Translations under genes and position numbers: made by a program
Notes under the pieces: model-generated
The model's input: the letters and a program-made list of their open reading frames with translations, nothing else
Told to the model about the DNA's origin: nothing
The model's database searches: none
Assembly: GCA_963809485.1 (NCBI GenBank)
Contig: CAWEJX010000020.1
Coordinates: 352,001 to 416,000 of the forward strand
Direction of reading: 5' to 3'
DNA length: 64,000 nucleotides
Source of the DNA: an uncultured Acidobacteriota bacterium
GTDB taxonomy: Bacteria > Acidobacteriota > UBA6911
In this document: one piece after another, positions 1-9,088 of the stretch
Position numbering within the stretch: position 1 is the stretch's first letter
How the letters are laid out: the number at the start of each line of letters is the position of its first letter

Positions 1-834
1 GTGGAAGAGGATGAATTCCGGCTGCGAGTGCGCGTGGTAGTCGGGGTTGGGAAATCTGTAGGGCGCACTGATGAGGCTTTCACACATGATCACCGTCGGG
101 AACAGCTTATTGTTGATTCCAGCCAGCGCTCCGCCGCTGTCATCTTTGCTTTCCGGATTCATATTCCCGGGCGTTTTCCGTATGAAGGCCGGGCGTACCA
201 TATTGCTTCTATATTTGGACACCATGCCTGCAATCCTGCCCGGGGCCTGACTTCCCGGTGCCGTAGTTTCCTTATATTCGCGGGCCAGCGAGATTTCGAT
301 GTAATAGAACCGTTTGGTCATCTTCCTCACGGTCAGAGGGAAATGGGGCATTCCACGAGGTATATACAGGGCGGTCGTGGAATTAATCTGCTGCACCTCT
401 CTGTCGTCACCCAGACACAGCTCCACCTCCGCGTTCAAATCGCCCATGCTATAGCAGTTTCCGCCGAGCAGGTAGATAACCTGGTCGTAGTCGTGCACGT
501 GCGCTCCATAAGGTTCCTTGCCGATCTTTCCGGCATAAACGACTGTCCCCATATCGACCGTCAGGTTTTCCCCTTCGAGGAACGTGCTGTCCATTCTGGC
601 CCACGGCCTGAGGGATCCCGATCCGGGGTCCCCGAAGTTGATGGGTTTGACATATTTTGCAAATTTCGCGTTTTTCGGCCCGATGATTCCGGGCGCGATT
701 TCAACGGCATGGGCCGACGGCACTTTCAGCCCGCTTACGGCTGCCAGGCCCGCCGCGCCACAGGCAACGTTTTTGACGAATTCTCTTCTGGTCGTGCTTT
801 TCTGCTTTCTGTAGGTGTCATTCATGGCTGTCAT
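1..834 (-). CDS. Tat-signal tandem cupin-fold protein (runs off the window edge)
   Basis: Not in the ORF track; translated by hand from ATG 834 (GAGAGAAAGGA upstream). It begins MTAMND...STTRREFVKNVACGAAGLAA (twin-arginine signal). Cupin motifs HVHDYDQ...AEVE...IPRGMPHFP follow, and a second HAHSQPE motif lies at the edge. It resembles the genes at 48542-49004 and 58142-58624. Confidence 0.75.
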   Translation of the reverse strand, partial: MTAMNDTYRKQKSTTRREFVKNVACGAAGLAAVSGLKVPSAHAVEIAPGIIGPKNAKFAKYVKPINFGDPGSGSLRPWARMDSTFLEGENLTVDMGTVVYAGKIGKEPYGAHVHDYDQVIYLLGGNCYSMGDLNAEVELCLGDDREVQQINSTTALYIPRGMPHFPLTVRKMTKRFYYIEISLAREYKETTAPGSQAPGRIAGMVSKYRSNMVRPAFIRKTPGNMNPESKDDSGGALAGINNKLFPTVIMCESLISAPYRFPNPDYHAHSQPEFILFH

Positions 835-1033
835 TCCTTTCTCTCAAAGTCCGCATACGGCCTCCCTGCAATCGTCCGGGAGAAAGCTGTCGTCCAACGC
901 TCCACTCCGAAGCGGTTTGGAAGCAATCCATCGCGGAGCGCCTTCCCCAATGATCGAACCACTGCTGCCCCGCGCCTCTGCCCTGCCGGTCCGGATACCG
1001 CGCTCCCGATGAAGGTGCCGGGAGTACCGAAAA

Positions 1034-1230
1034 CTATTCTACAAGCGCCTGATACAGCATCGTAATGAACTCATTATAGAAAATTCGATCGTCGGGAAAC
1101 TTCTGGGTGAGGAAAATCCCGACGATGCTTTTTTCAGGATCGACGATGAAGTGCGCGCTGGCGGCGCCGGACCAGCCGAACTCGCCCTTCGAGCCGAGAC
1201 TGCCGGGCAAAAACGCGAGAACATTGAGGT
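1034..1230 (-). pseudogene. C-terminal fragment of a beta-lactamase-family serine hydrolase
   Basis: GSKGEFGWSGAASAHFIVDPEKSIVGIFLTQ matches the C-terminus of the intact 45114-46406 protein (GSFGWSGAFGTHFWVDPKEKIVAVLMTQ). There is no SxxK-containing N-terminal part. Confidence 0.7.
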
Positions 1231-1545
1231 GACGCCGGGCGGCGGCAGGATCCGATATTTCATAGTTCCCCCTCTTCGGCTGTTTCAGGACGGTTCGCCG
1301 GAACAATCCCGGTGGAGATTGAGCCGGCCTGGCGCCACTATAGCACAAGGAAAATGCAAACAGGAACGGCCGTGACCGGCTACCCGCCTGTGGGAATGCC
1401 CGATTATCAATATTCCTATGATTAAGGGCGGGACAACAATTGGCGCAATAACGCGGGAAGGATAAAAAATCGGGAATGTGCGGGGTTGCCGGGATGACGC
1501 GTAAATATAAAAATATATCGGGCGAAAAGCTCGACCACCGATCCG

Positions 1546-2112
1546 CTATTGAAGGCGCTTATCGGAAGGATGCTGCTTGGCGTCCCGATCCGGCGGATGG
1601 AGATCCTTCTCCTTCGAGCGGGAAAACAGGCCCATTGCCAGCTTCTCAAGATAACTGACGCCCTCGCTAAAACGTTTTCTCCGTTTCCCGGAGACATTGG
1701 TATCGAGCAAAGCCTCGGCCAGGTCCGCGCCGCTCAAATCGGCGTCCGTCAGATCGGCGCCGATCAGGTTCGCTCCGTGCAATTTTGCATTGCGCAGGAT
1801 CGCGCCTTTCAGATCGGTGCGGTGAAAAACGGCGTAGCTCAGGTCTGCCTCGCTGAGGTCCGCCCCTTGAAGCCTTGCGGAGCTGAGATCCGCATAGCGC
1901 AGAGTTGCGTGGTGGAGATTGGTCCGGCTGAGGTCGGCGTGACTGAGGTCCGCGTAGCTCAGGTACGCGTAACTCAGATTTGTATCCGCCAGCTCCACTC
2001 CCAGGAGATCCGGACGGATACTGGGATTCTCTATTCTCCAGTGATTCCATGGCGCCATGCTCATCGACGCAATTGCCGCCATCAGCGTCTCAACATGCTC
2101 TTTATTTGGCAT
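1546..2112 (-). CDS. Pentapeptide repeat protein
   Basis: Long A(D/N)LSx repeat run (ADLSHADLSRTNLHHATLRYADLSSARLQGADLS...); GGAGG RBS before the ATG. Confidence 0.9.
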   Translation of the reverse strand: MPNKEHVETLMAAIASMSMAPWNHWRIENPSIRPDLLGVELADTNLSYAYLSYADLSHADLSRTNLHHATLRYADLSSARLQGADLSEADLSYAVFHRTDLKGAILRNAKLHGANLIGADLTDADLSGADLAEALLDTNVSGKRRKRFSEGVSYLEKLAMGLFSRSKEKDLHPPDRDAKQHPSDKRLQ

Positions 2113-2490
2113 ATCAACCTCCTAAATATGCAACCCGCAGACAGACTCCGCGCCCATCAGCCACAAAGACATGCCAATATCATCTCTCTATTTAAAGCAA
2201 TCGGTTGGCCACAACCCCGAATTATATGCAAAACCCGGCCCAAGTGAACGTGAAATAATTGTGAATAAATGGTTTAGGAAAATCACAGGCCATCATTCCT
2301 GGACAGTCCGGCTACGCCTGCGTTCGTTAACTGTAAATTCTTCCGACAGTCTGGGCGAAAAGGGATGCCTTACTATGGAGGTAAACGTAAGAATTAGTAA
2401 CTATTACGGTGCCTGGCGAACGATAAAATTCGGAATGTCGGTTTTTCTTACAGTTGCCCGGTTGCTTCAGGGCTGGATTCACAGGTATTT

Positions 2491-3171
2491 TTAGGGCTTA
2501 TGTTTTTGTTGGCCGCACCAGTCCATCGCGTCGCAATTTTGGGCTATGCCGGTATAATCCCGGTAACATGCCGCGTTGGAAGAAACAACCGTTTCCAGGG
2601 AAGGGGGGATGCCATCGAACAGATCGCCCCCGCACGTATAGTAATAGCGGGCATCCACACTCTCATTCCGGAAGCATGCCGCCACACTCAAAGCGTGGTA
2701 ATGGCTTGAAACGACATACAGCGTATCCTCTTTCCGGATCAGCGCTTCCCCACCCTGCTGGAGATCCCGGCTGTAACAGTAATTCTGCACCGTTGAGCCG
2801 GAATTTTCCTCCCTGAATAAACGAATCCCGAAAATGTCAGAACCGCAGGCGTCCCCCATTTGCCGTTGCATGTCGGAAGCTTCGCAGTTCTTTGCATCCG
2901 TGCCATGGGCGCCGCATCCACCGGAAAAGATAATTTTATCGAAGCGGATATTTTTGCCCTTGATCCGGATCATGTCACAGGCAAGCGCAACGCGTGTTGC
3001 GCGCGTTTTCGGGTCGCTGCTTCCCAGGATCAGCATGATTGCGGAATGAGCATCTGCCGCTTGAATTGCCGGATTCGCCGGTTCCCGGACCGCGACGCCG
3101 GTTTTCGGAGCATCGAGGACAAAAATCCCCGAGAGCAGCGCCAAATGAAAAACAAATTTCCTATTCTTCAT
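2491..3171 (-). CDS. Exported YdcF/DUF218-like protein
   Basis: N-terminal signal-like segment; motifs ILILGS, IIFSGG, EASDM, EENSGSTVQN and VVSSHYH are typical of DUF218. Confidence 0.7.
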   Translation of the reverse strand: MKNRKFVFHLALLSGIFVLDAPKTGVAVREPANPAIQAADAHSAIMLILGSSDPKTRATRVALACDMIRIKGKNIRFDKIIFSGGCGAHGTDAKNCEASDMQRQMGDACGSDIFGIRLFREENSGSTVQNYCYSRDLQQGGEALIRKEDTLYVVSSHYHALSVAACFRNESVDARYYYTCGGDLFDGIPPSLETVVSSNAACYRDYTGIAQNCDAMDWCGQQKHKP

Positions 3172-3438
3172 CCGATATCACCAGCGGCGGGATCGCCGAT
3201 CGCTGCAGCCGCGGCCATGAAAAGGAATTCTGCCTGGGTGCTCCAATATATAGAAATTCCCCTTCCGGGCAAAGACGAAACGTTGCGCCTCCATTGCATC
3301 GGGCTTCGAGCGTTTTCCGGAACTCCCGGGCGCCGCGGTGAAAAACGGCCTCAAAGACTCAGGGCCTCAAACCTTCCCCCAGACAGCCCGCAATCCGGCC
3401 GCCGCTTTCCGGGGCCGGAAAAGGACTCATTAAAACAG

Positions 3439-3491
3439 TTGACATGAAACGGCCTCATATATTAATGTGGGGCAACGTGGGTGATTGTGGG
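3439..3491 (+). promoter_or_regulatory. mraZ promoter with three MraZ boxes
   Basis: TTGACA at 3439-3444, AT-rich -10-like region at about 3458-3466, then GTGGG at 3467, 3477 and 3487. The 10-bp period is the established MraZ operator layout. Confidence 0.75.
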
Positions 3492-3512
3492 TAATCATAC
3501 GGATGAGCAATC

Positions 3513-3968
3513 ATGGCAAGATTCCGAGGCAGGTACGACTTCTCCATTGACGAAAAGGGGCGCATCAACATCCCGTCGAAGTTCCGGAAGCTGTTGTCGC
3601 CTGCAGCGGAAGAAACCCTTGTAATCTGTCGAGCGCCGGACGGCTGTCTTTGGGCCTACCCCAGGGACGAATGGGAAAAATTCGAGGATTCGCTCAACAG
3701 CAAACCGGTCAGCAGAGAATTCAACAAGTTCCAGCGCCTGATGCAGAGCAATCTGAGTGATTCCATACTCGACAGGCAGGGAAGGGTTTCGCTCACGCCT
3801 CTCCAGATGAAGATCGCGGGCATCACCAAAGATGTGAGCATTATCGGCCGAGGCGCCTATCTGGAGATTTGGGATACCAGACGGTTCGAGGAGTACACCG
3901 GCAGCGGCGAGGATTTTGATGAGGTGTACTACAAAACCATCCGGTCCGGAGTCTTTTCAGACGAGTAG
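3513..3968 (+). CDS. mraZ: Division/cell wall cluster transcriptional regulator MraZ
   Basis: FRGRY..SIDEKGRINIPSKFR and a second DRQGRV repeat (two AbrB-like units), ending in LEIWD. Confidence 0.95.
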   Translation: MARFRGRYDFSIDEKGRINIPSKFRKLLSPAAEETLVICRAPDGCLWAYPRDEWEKFEDSLNSKPVSREFNKFQRLMQSNLSDSILDRQGRVSLTPLQMKIAGITKDVSIIGRGAYLEIWDTRRFEEYTGSGEDFDEVYYKTIRSGVFSDE

Positions 3969-4026
3969 AAGCCACTCTTTTCTCATCCTTCGCTGACGTC
4001 ACGGTTTTCACGTTACAGCGGCGGGT

Positions 4027-4110
4027 GCAAGTTTCAGGTTGCAGGTTGCAGGGCGCGATCCATGGCCTCCGGATCGACTCCCGCAATCTGGAACCTGCAA
4101 TTTGGCACCG
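4027..4110 (+). repeat. Short 7-mer repeat with imperfect palindrome where rsmH normally lies
   Basis: caagtttcaggttgcaggttgcagg followed by a roughly complementary arm, caatctggaacctgcaatttg. Confidence 0.4.
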
Positions 4111-4189
4111 GCAGCCAGGAATTTGTGCCGCCCGTTCTGCGGGCATCTATCGTCTGTTTGAGTAAAGCCGAAAACCGAAGGAGAAAGCC

Positions 4190-4615
4190 ATGTTGGATTT
4201 GGCCGCCGGAATCGAAGCCAGGAATTATGGTCTCAGGACATCAGGCGATCCGAGAAGCGTGCTGGAATGCCTGAAAATCATCTGGCCCCTGTTTGTCATA
4301 GCAGGCGCTCTTGCTTTCCACGTGTGGGTGCATAGTCATAATATCCAGGTCGGGTACTGGAGCCAGGAGCTGAGCGCGCAGGAGCGGGAACTGTCACAGA
4401 CAGGCCAGCAACTTATGCTGCAGCAACGGACGCTTGAGGATCCCAAGTGGCTGGAGGCTATCGCCCGAAGAAGCCTCGGAATGATCATCCTCCAGCCGAA
4501 CCAGATCATCCCGGCACCTCCATCCATGAATTGGGATACAAGCAAATCCGAAACTCCCGGGTCCGGAAGGCTCTTACGTCCTTTCGAGCCAGGGAAACCG
4601 TCTGCATTCAATTAA
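4190..4615 (+). CDS. ftsL: FtsL-like cell division protein
   Basis: Single TM segment, then a coiled coil ending LEDPKWLEAIARRSLGM (FtsL-type); lies directly before the PBP gene; AGGAGA RBS. Confidence 0.7.
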   Translation: MLDLAAGIEARNYGLRTSGDPRSVLECLKIIWPLFVIAGALAFHVWVHSHNIQVGYWSQELSAQERELSQTGQQLMLQQRTLEDPKWLEAIARRSLGMIILQPNQIIPAPPSMNWDTSKSETPGSGRLLRPFEPGKPSAFN

Positions 4616-4617
4616 AT

Positions 4618-6363
4618 ATGTTCGAACGCACCGGATTCTTTGTTCCCGGCAGGTTTGTTGCCGTGATGGCATTCTTCGTCTTCTGGAGCCTTCTGGTCAT
4701 CGCGAGACTTGTTCAATTCCAGGTTTTTCAGCACGAGAGATATGCCAAACGGCCGGCCGGCGCATATTTTTTGGCCAAACCGGTATACGCGCCGCGAGGC
4801 GCCATCTATGACTGCCGCATGTCTGAGCTGGCCACCAATGTCATGGTCGATACCGTCGCAGTGGAGCCGGGAGCAATTCAGGATATTCCTGCCGTTTCAG
4901 AAAAACTTGCGTCGCTTCTGGAAATGGATCCCACGGTGCTGCGGAACAGGATGGGCGACCCTCTTCGCCAAAAGTATTTAAGAGTCAAGCGAAGGATTGA
5001 CCCGGGAGTGGCGGCACGCGTCAAATCTCTTGGACTCAGGGGCGTCCATCTGGAGGCCGAAAATCTGCGGGTATACCCCAACAGAGATCTGGCCAGCCAC
5101 ACCCTGGGTTTCGTAAACCTAGCCGGCAATGGGGCGGCAGGGCTGGAGATGCAGTACGAAAATCAGCTCAATGGAAGAAACGGCAAGGTCCTTTGCGAAG
5201 TCGATGCCCTCGGCCGATGCTTCCGTGAAAGCGAGTCGATCGCCCCGATCCCCGGGAGTTCGCTGGTCCTGAGCATTGACGGTTCCATCCAGCACATAGC
5301 CCAAAGAGAACTGTCCCTGGGAGTGGAACGGTCCCGTGCGGCAGCCGGTGTCGCCATTGTGATGGAGTCCGAAACGGGGAGGATCCTGGCGCTTGCCAAT
5401 TATCCCGATTTCAACTGCAACACCTATGGGGAGTACAACATGAAGCTGTGGCGGAACCGGGCCGTCCAGGACCAGTTTGAACCGGGATCGACACTGAAAG
5501 TGGTCGTGGCTGCAGCAGCCCTGGATGCAGGATTAACCAGGCCGGGCGAACTCATTGACTGCAGGATGGGGTCCATAACAATAGGCGGGCATGTCTTTCA
5601 CGATCACACTCCCTATGCCCTGCTGACCTTCCTGCAGGTTCTCGAGCACTCCTCCAACATCGGCGCCATAGTGCTGGGCATGCGCCTGGGAGAAGAGCGG
5701 CTCTATGAATCCCTCCGCAGCTTCGGATTCGGTTCCAGAACAGGGATCGACCTGCCGGCGGAAGCCGTCGGCAGGCTGAGGGAACCGGAGAAATGGTCGG
5801 CGCTCTCGATTGCTTCGATTTCATTCGGCCAGGAAATCGCCGTCACTTCAATGCAGATACTCGTTGCGATCAACGCTATCGCCAACGGCGGCTACAGAGT
5901 GTGCCCTTCGGTTGTGGACCGCGTCATCGACGGCCGGGGGGCATCTGTCCGGATGAAGGCACCGGAACGGATCCGAATGATGCGCCCTGAGACCGCGGCC
6001 GTGATAGGGAATGCCTTCGAGGGTGTGGTTTTGCGCGGGACGGGAAAGCGTGCGGCGCTGGAAGGATACCGTGCAGCGGGCAAAACCGGGACCGCACAGA
6101 AAGCGGAGCGCGGACGCTTTTCGAAAAGCAGGTATATGGCCTCCTTTATCGGCTTTGCGCCCTTGCCGCGGCCCCACGTGACCATTCTTGTGCAAATTGA
6201 CGAGCCCAAAGGGGCTATCTATGGCGGCGAAGTAGCGGCTCCTGTGTTTCAAAAAATCGCCCAGGAGACTCTGCTCAATCTTCGTATACCGCCGGATAGG
6301 AGTCTTCTTTCACTGAATAGCAGTTCGGCGCTTCCCGCTCGGAATTCGAGACCGCCGGAATAG
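4618..6363 (+). CDS. ftsI: Class B penicillin-binding protein (FtsI/PBP3 type)
   Basis: N-terminal TM; RGAIYD, RVYP and GLE motifs; catalytic STLK, SSN and KTGT. Start moved to ATG 4618, just after the ftsL stop. Confidence 0.9.
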   Translation: MFERTGFFVPGRFVAVMAFFVFWSLLVIARLVQFQVFQHERYAKRPAGAYFLAKPVYAPRGAIYDCRMSELATNVMVDTVAVEPGAIQDIPAVSEKLASLLEMDPTVLRNRMGDPLRQKYLRVKRRIDPGVAARVKSLGLRGVHLEAENLRVYPNRDLASHTLGFVNLAGNGAAGLEMQYENQLNGRNGKVLCEVDALGRCFRESESIAPIPGSSLVLSIDGSIQHIAQRELSLGVERSRAAAGVAIVMESETGRILALANYPDFNCNTYGEYNMKLWRNRAVQDQFEPGSTLKVVVAAAALDAGLTRPGELIDCRMGSITIGGHVFHDHTPYALLTFLQVLEHSSNIGAIVLGMRLGEERLYESLRSFGFGSRTGIDLPAEAVGRLREPEKWSALSIASISFGQEIAVTSMQILVAINAIANGGYRVCPSVVDRVIDGRGASVRMKAPERIRMMRPETAAVIGNAFEGVVLRGTGKRAALEGYRAAGKTGTAQKAERGRFSKSRYMASFIGFAPLPRPHVTILVQIDEPKGAIYGGEVAAPVFQKIAQETLLNLRIPPDRSLLSLNSSSALPARNSRPPE

Positions 6364-6389
6364 GCATTCCTCAGCCTGGATGAAAAGCC

Positions 6390-7529
6390 ATGGTATCCAA
6401 AGCAGGCAATGATCGGTTTCTGTTTATGGGAATCAGCATCCTGACGCTGTTCGGGCTGCTAATGGTCTACAGCGCCTCTATGGTCGTCGCCGCTGAAAGA
6501 GCAGGGAGTCCATCCTATTATTTTATTCGACAGTCTCTCCACGCCGTTGCCGGCTACCTTCTCATGATCGTGCTGATGTTCGTCGACTACCACAAGTGGC
6601 TCAGGCTAAGAACTATCCTCTATTGGGCGGCGCTCAGCCTGACGGCTTTGCTGCTTGTTTTCCATCATGCCCCCATCAAAGGCGCTCATCGGGCATTGAG
6701 AATTGAGCTTGTTTCCTTCCAGCCATCGGAATTGGCCAAGCTGGTGATTCTTTTCTACGTTGCGTATTTTCTGCAAAAGCACCAGCAGGAGATCGAGCAT
6801 CCCGGCTTGCGGCTGTTCCCCTGCGTTTTGTTCGTGGGACTGTTCACCGGACTGATCGCTATGGAGCCGGACCTCGGCCAGGTCCTTTGCATTCTCTTCA
6901 TCGTCACGCTGCTGTTTTTCATTGCCGGCCTGGATTGGAAATACATCGCGATCGCCGCGCTTCCACTGCTGCCGCTGTTTTACTTTTTCACCTGGAAAGT
7001 TCCTTTCCGTCGCGCCCGCATCCTTGCCTGGCTGGCTGCCTTGCGCGACCCTCTCAACGCCGATTATCACACACGGCAGACAGCGATCGCCCTGGGGCGC
7101 GGCGGCTTCCTGGGAGTTGGGTTCGGACAAAGCCGGCAGAAATTCTTTTTTCTCCCCGAGGTCATCGGCGATTCCATCTTTGCCCTGATCGGCGAAGAAC
7201 TTGGGTTGGTCGGCGCGGTTTTGGTTCTTGCGGCCTACCTGGGCTATCTGATTTTGGGCGCCAAAATCTCGATAAAAGCCCCCGACCGCGGCGGCTTCTA
7301 CCTGGGACTGGGCATCACCCTGATGCTGGCGCTGCAGGCTTTTGTCAACATGTCCACAGCCCTGGCCATCGTGCCGAACAAGGGGCTTACGCTGCCCTTC
7401 ATCAGCCAGGGAGGCAGTTCGCTCGTGATCAGCCTGATGGCAACGGGCATTTTGCTGAACATCTCTTCGCAGCGGAAAACAGTCGCTGATAACGAGGAAC
7501 AGCCGCCGGGCGCAAAGGAACAGATCTAA
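6390..7529 (+). CDS. ftsW: SEDS-family peptidoglycan glycosyltransferase FtsW
   Basis: GLLMVYSAS, FQPSELAK, EPDLG, PEVIGDSIF, IGEELG and LPFISQGGSS; about 10 TM segments. Confidence 0.92.
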   Translation: MVSKAGNDRFLFMGISILTLFGLLMVYSASMVVAAERAGSPSYYFIRQSLHAVAGYLLMIVLMFVDYHKWLRLRTILYWAALSLTALLLVFHHAPIKGAHRALRIELVSFQPSELAKLVILFYVAYFLQKHQQEIEHPGLRLFPCVLFVGLFTGLIAMEPDLGQVLCILFIVTLLFFIAGLDWKYIAIAALPLLPLFYFFTWKVPFRRARILAWLAALRDPLNADYHTRQTAIALGRGGFLGVGFGQSRQKFFFLPEVIGDSIFALIGEELGLVGAVLVLAAYLGYLILGAKISIKAPDRGGFYLGLGITLMLALQAFVNMSTALAIVPNKGLTLPFISQGGSSLVISLMATGILLNISSQRKTVADNEEQPPGAKEQI

Positions 7530-7572
7530 AAATGGTGTCATTTTGTTGGCCTGACTGCTTACAGAGTCGATC

Positions 7573-8799
7573 ATGAAAAAGAGAGAGCGGATTATCTGCG
7601 CATTGGATGCAGGCACCTGCAAAACGTGCCTGATCATTGCCCGTTTGCGTCCTGACGGCGGGCTGGAAGTGCTCGCCAGCGGCTTCGCCGGTTCCTGCGG
7701 CCTGGCCAAGGGCATTGTTATGAACGCGGAGGAGGTGGCGGCCTCCATTCGCCAGGCCGCGAATGAAGCGGAATCCAGGTCGAATATATCCGCAAATCGG
7801 GTTGTCGCCGGGATTTCCGGCAAACACATTCAGAGCCACAATTTCCGGGGCAGCGTCGAGGTCCGGGGCAGCCACTGCCAGGTGACGGCAGGCGATGTGC
7901 ACAATGCCGTGCGGGCTGCGCAATCGGTTCCCCTTTCCCCTGATCGCGAGATCATCCACCTGCTCGCGCGCGAATTTTACGTCAACAGCCGCGGCGGCAT
8001 CAAAAATCCGGTGGGTTTAAGCGGATCGCAGCTGGATGCCGATCTTCACGTGGTTTCCTGCGACGGAGCATTGAGCCAGAGCCTTATCAATGCAGCCAAC
8101 CAGGCTGAGATCGAGGTGAAGAGGCTGATCCTGCAGTCCCTGGCCAGCGGCGAAGCAGTTCTTACCCCCGAGGAAAAGGAGCTCGGCGCAGTGGTCATCG
8201 ACATCGGCGGCGGAACAACCGATATCGCGGTATTTCTGGAGAACTCGATATGCTTTTCATCGGTCATCGCGGCGGGAGGAGCGAATTTTACCCGTGACCT
8301 CATCGAGGGAATTAAAATATCCCGTGAAGAAGCGGAACGCATCAAGGTCGATTTCGGCAGCGTCCTGCCGGATCAGGTTGATCCCGACGAGCTTGTGGAA
8401 ATCCAGGGCCTGGGGATGCGCGGAGCCTGCAACATCCCGCGCAGGGTCCTATGTGAAAATCTGGGGGACCGCGGCGCGGAACTTCTGGAACTGATCCGCG
8501 AGGACATTCTCCGCTCCGGGGTGCGGCACAAGCTGACCGCGGGAGCCGTCATCACAGGCGGCGGAAGCATGTTGAGGGGCATCCTGGAACTGGCGGAAAG
8601 CGTTCTCGACATGCCGGTCCGTCAAGGGATTCCCAGGGGATTCACCGGGCTGGAGAAGGAATTGGCGCATCCCATTTATGCCTGCGTGGTCGGCCTGGCT
8701 CTGCTGGAGGCGCAGCAGGCTTCCGTGCAGGATTTCCAATACAGGCCGCCCCCCATACCGTCCCTGACTCAAAGGATCCTGTCGTGGTTTGAGCATTGA
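7573..8799 (+). CDS. ftsA: Cell division protein FtsA
   Basis: ALDAGTCKT, VIDIGGGTTD and ITGGGS actin-like motifs; amphipathic C-terminus LTQRILSWF. Confidence 0.95.
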   Translation: MKKRERIICALDAGTCKTCLIIARLRPDGGLEVLASGFAGSCGLAKGIVMNAEEVAASIRQAANEAESRSNISANRVVAGISGKHIQSHNFRGSVEVRGSHCQVTAGDVHNAVRAAQSVPLSPDREIIHLLAREFYVNSRGGIKNPVGLSGSQLDADLHVVSCDGALSQSLINAANQAEIEVKRLILQSLASGEAVLTPEEKELGAVVIDIGGGTTDIAVFLENSICFSSVIAAGGANFTRDLIEGIKISREEAERIKVDFGSVLPDQVDPDELVEIQGLGMRGACNIPRRVLCENLGDRGAELLELIREDILRSGVRHKLTAGAVITGGGSMLRGILELAESVLDMPVRQGIPRGFTGLEKELAHPIYACVVGLALLEAQQASVQDFQYRPPPIPSLTQRILSWFEH

Positions 8800-8841
8800 A
8801 ATGGAAAGTGCGGTGAATTCATTATAGAAGCTGATTCCCGG

Positions 8842-9062
8842 AGTCAGGCACCACCGGCAAAGCCGGAGGCGTGAAAGATTGGAACCCCTCAAAGCGGTTG
8901 GAGGAGTTACGCTGGTCTTGAACGCTGACTTACGCGGGCAAAAGCCGACCCTCGCCGAACAAATCGGCGTTTGTCAGCGCGTTTGTCAGCGTATTTCAGC
9001 GTTTCAAAATACGGAGCTGTCAAGCTCTATGAATCCCCCGGCAGAGCCGTGGGTTTGCCAAT
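8842..9062. mobile_element. Non-autonomous IS200/IS605-like palindromic element (PATE/MITE-like), copy 1
   Basis: Terminal hairpins ccggcaaagccgg and ccggcagagccg, with shared aaagcggttggaggagtta and cagcgtttcaaaatacggagctgtcaa segments. Closely similar copies lie at 31245 and 46585. No transposase ORF. Confidence 0.7.
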
Positions 9063-9088
9063 AGAATCAGGGATCTCCCGCCTGAATT

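Noticed and set aside
1-1065. 354-aa plus-strand ORF, and similar long antisense ORFs (e.g. 20143-21720, 37786-38835, 53077-54264, 60429-62099)
   Set aside because: They are shadow frames opposite well-supported genes in GC-rich DNA and carry no recognisable motifs.
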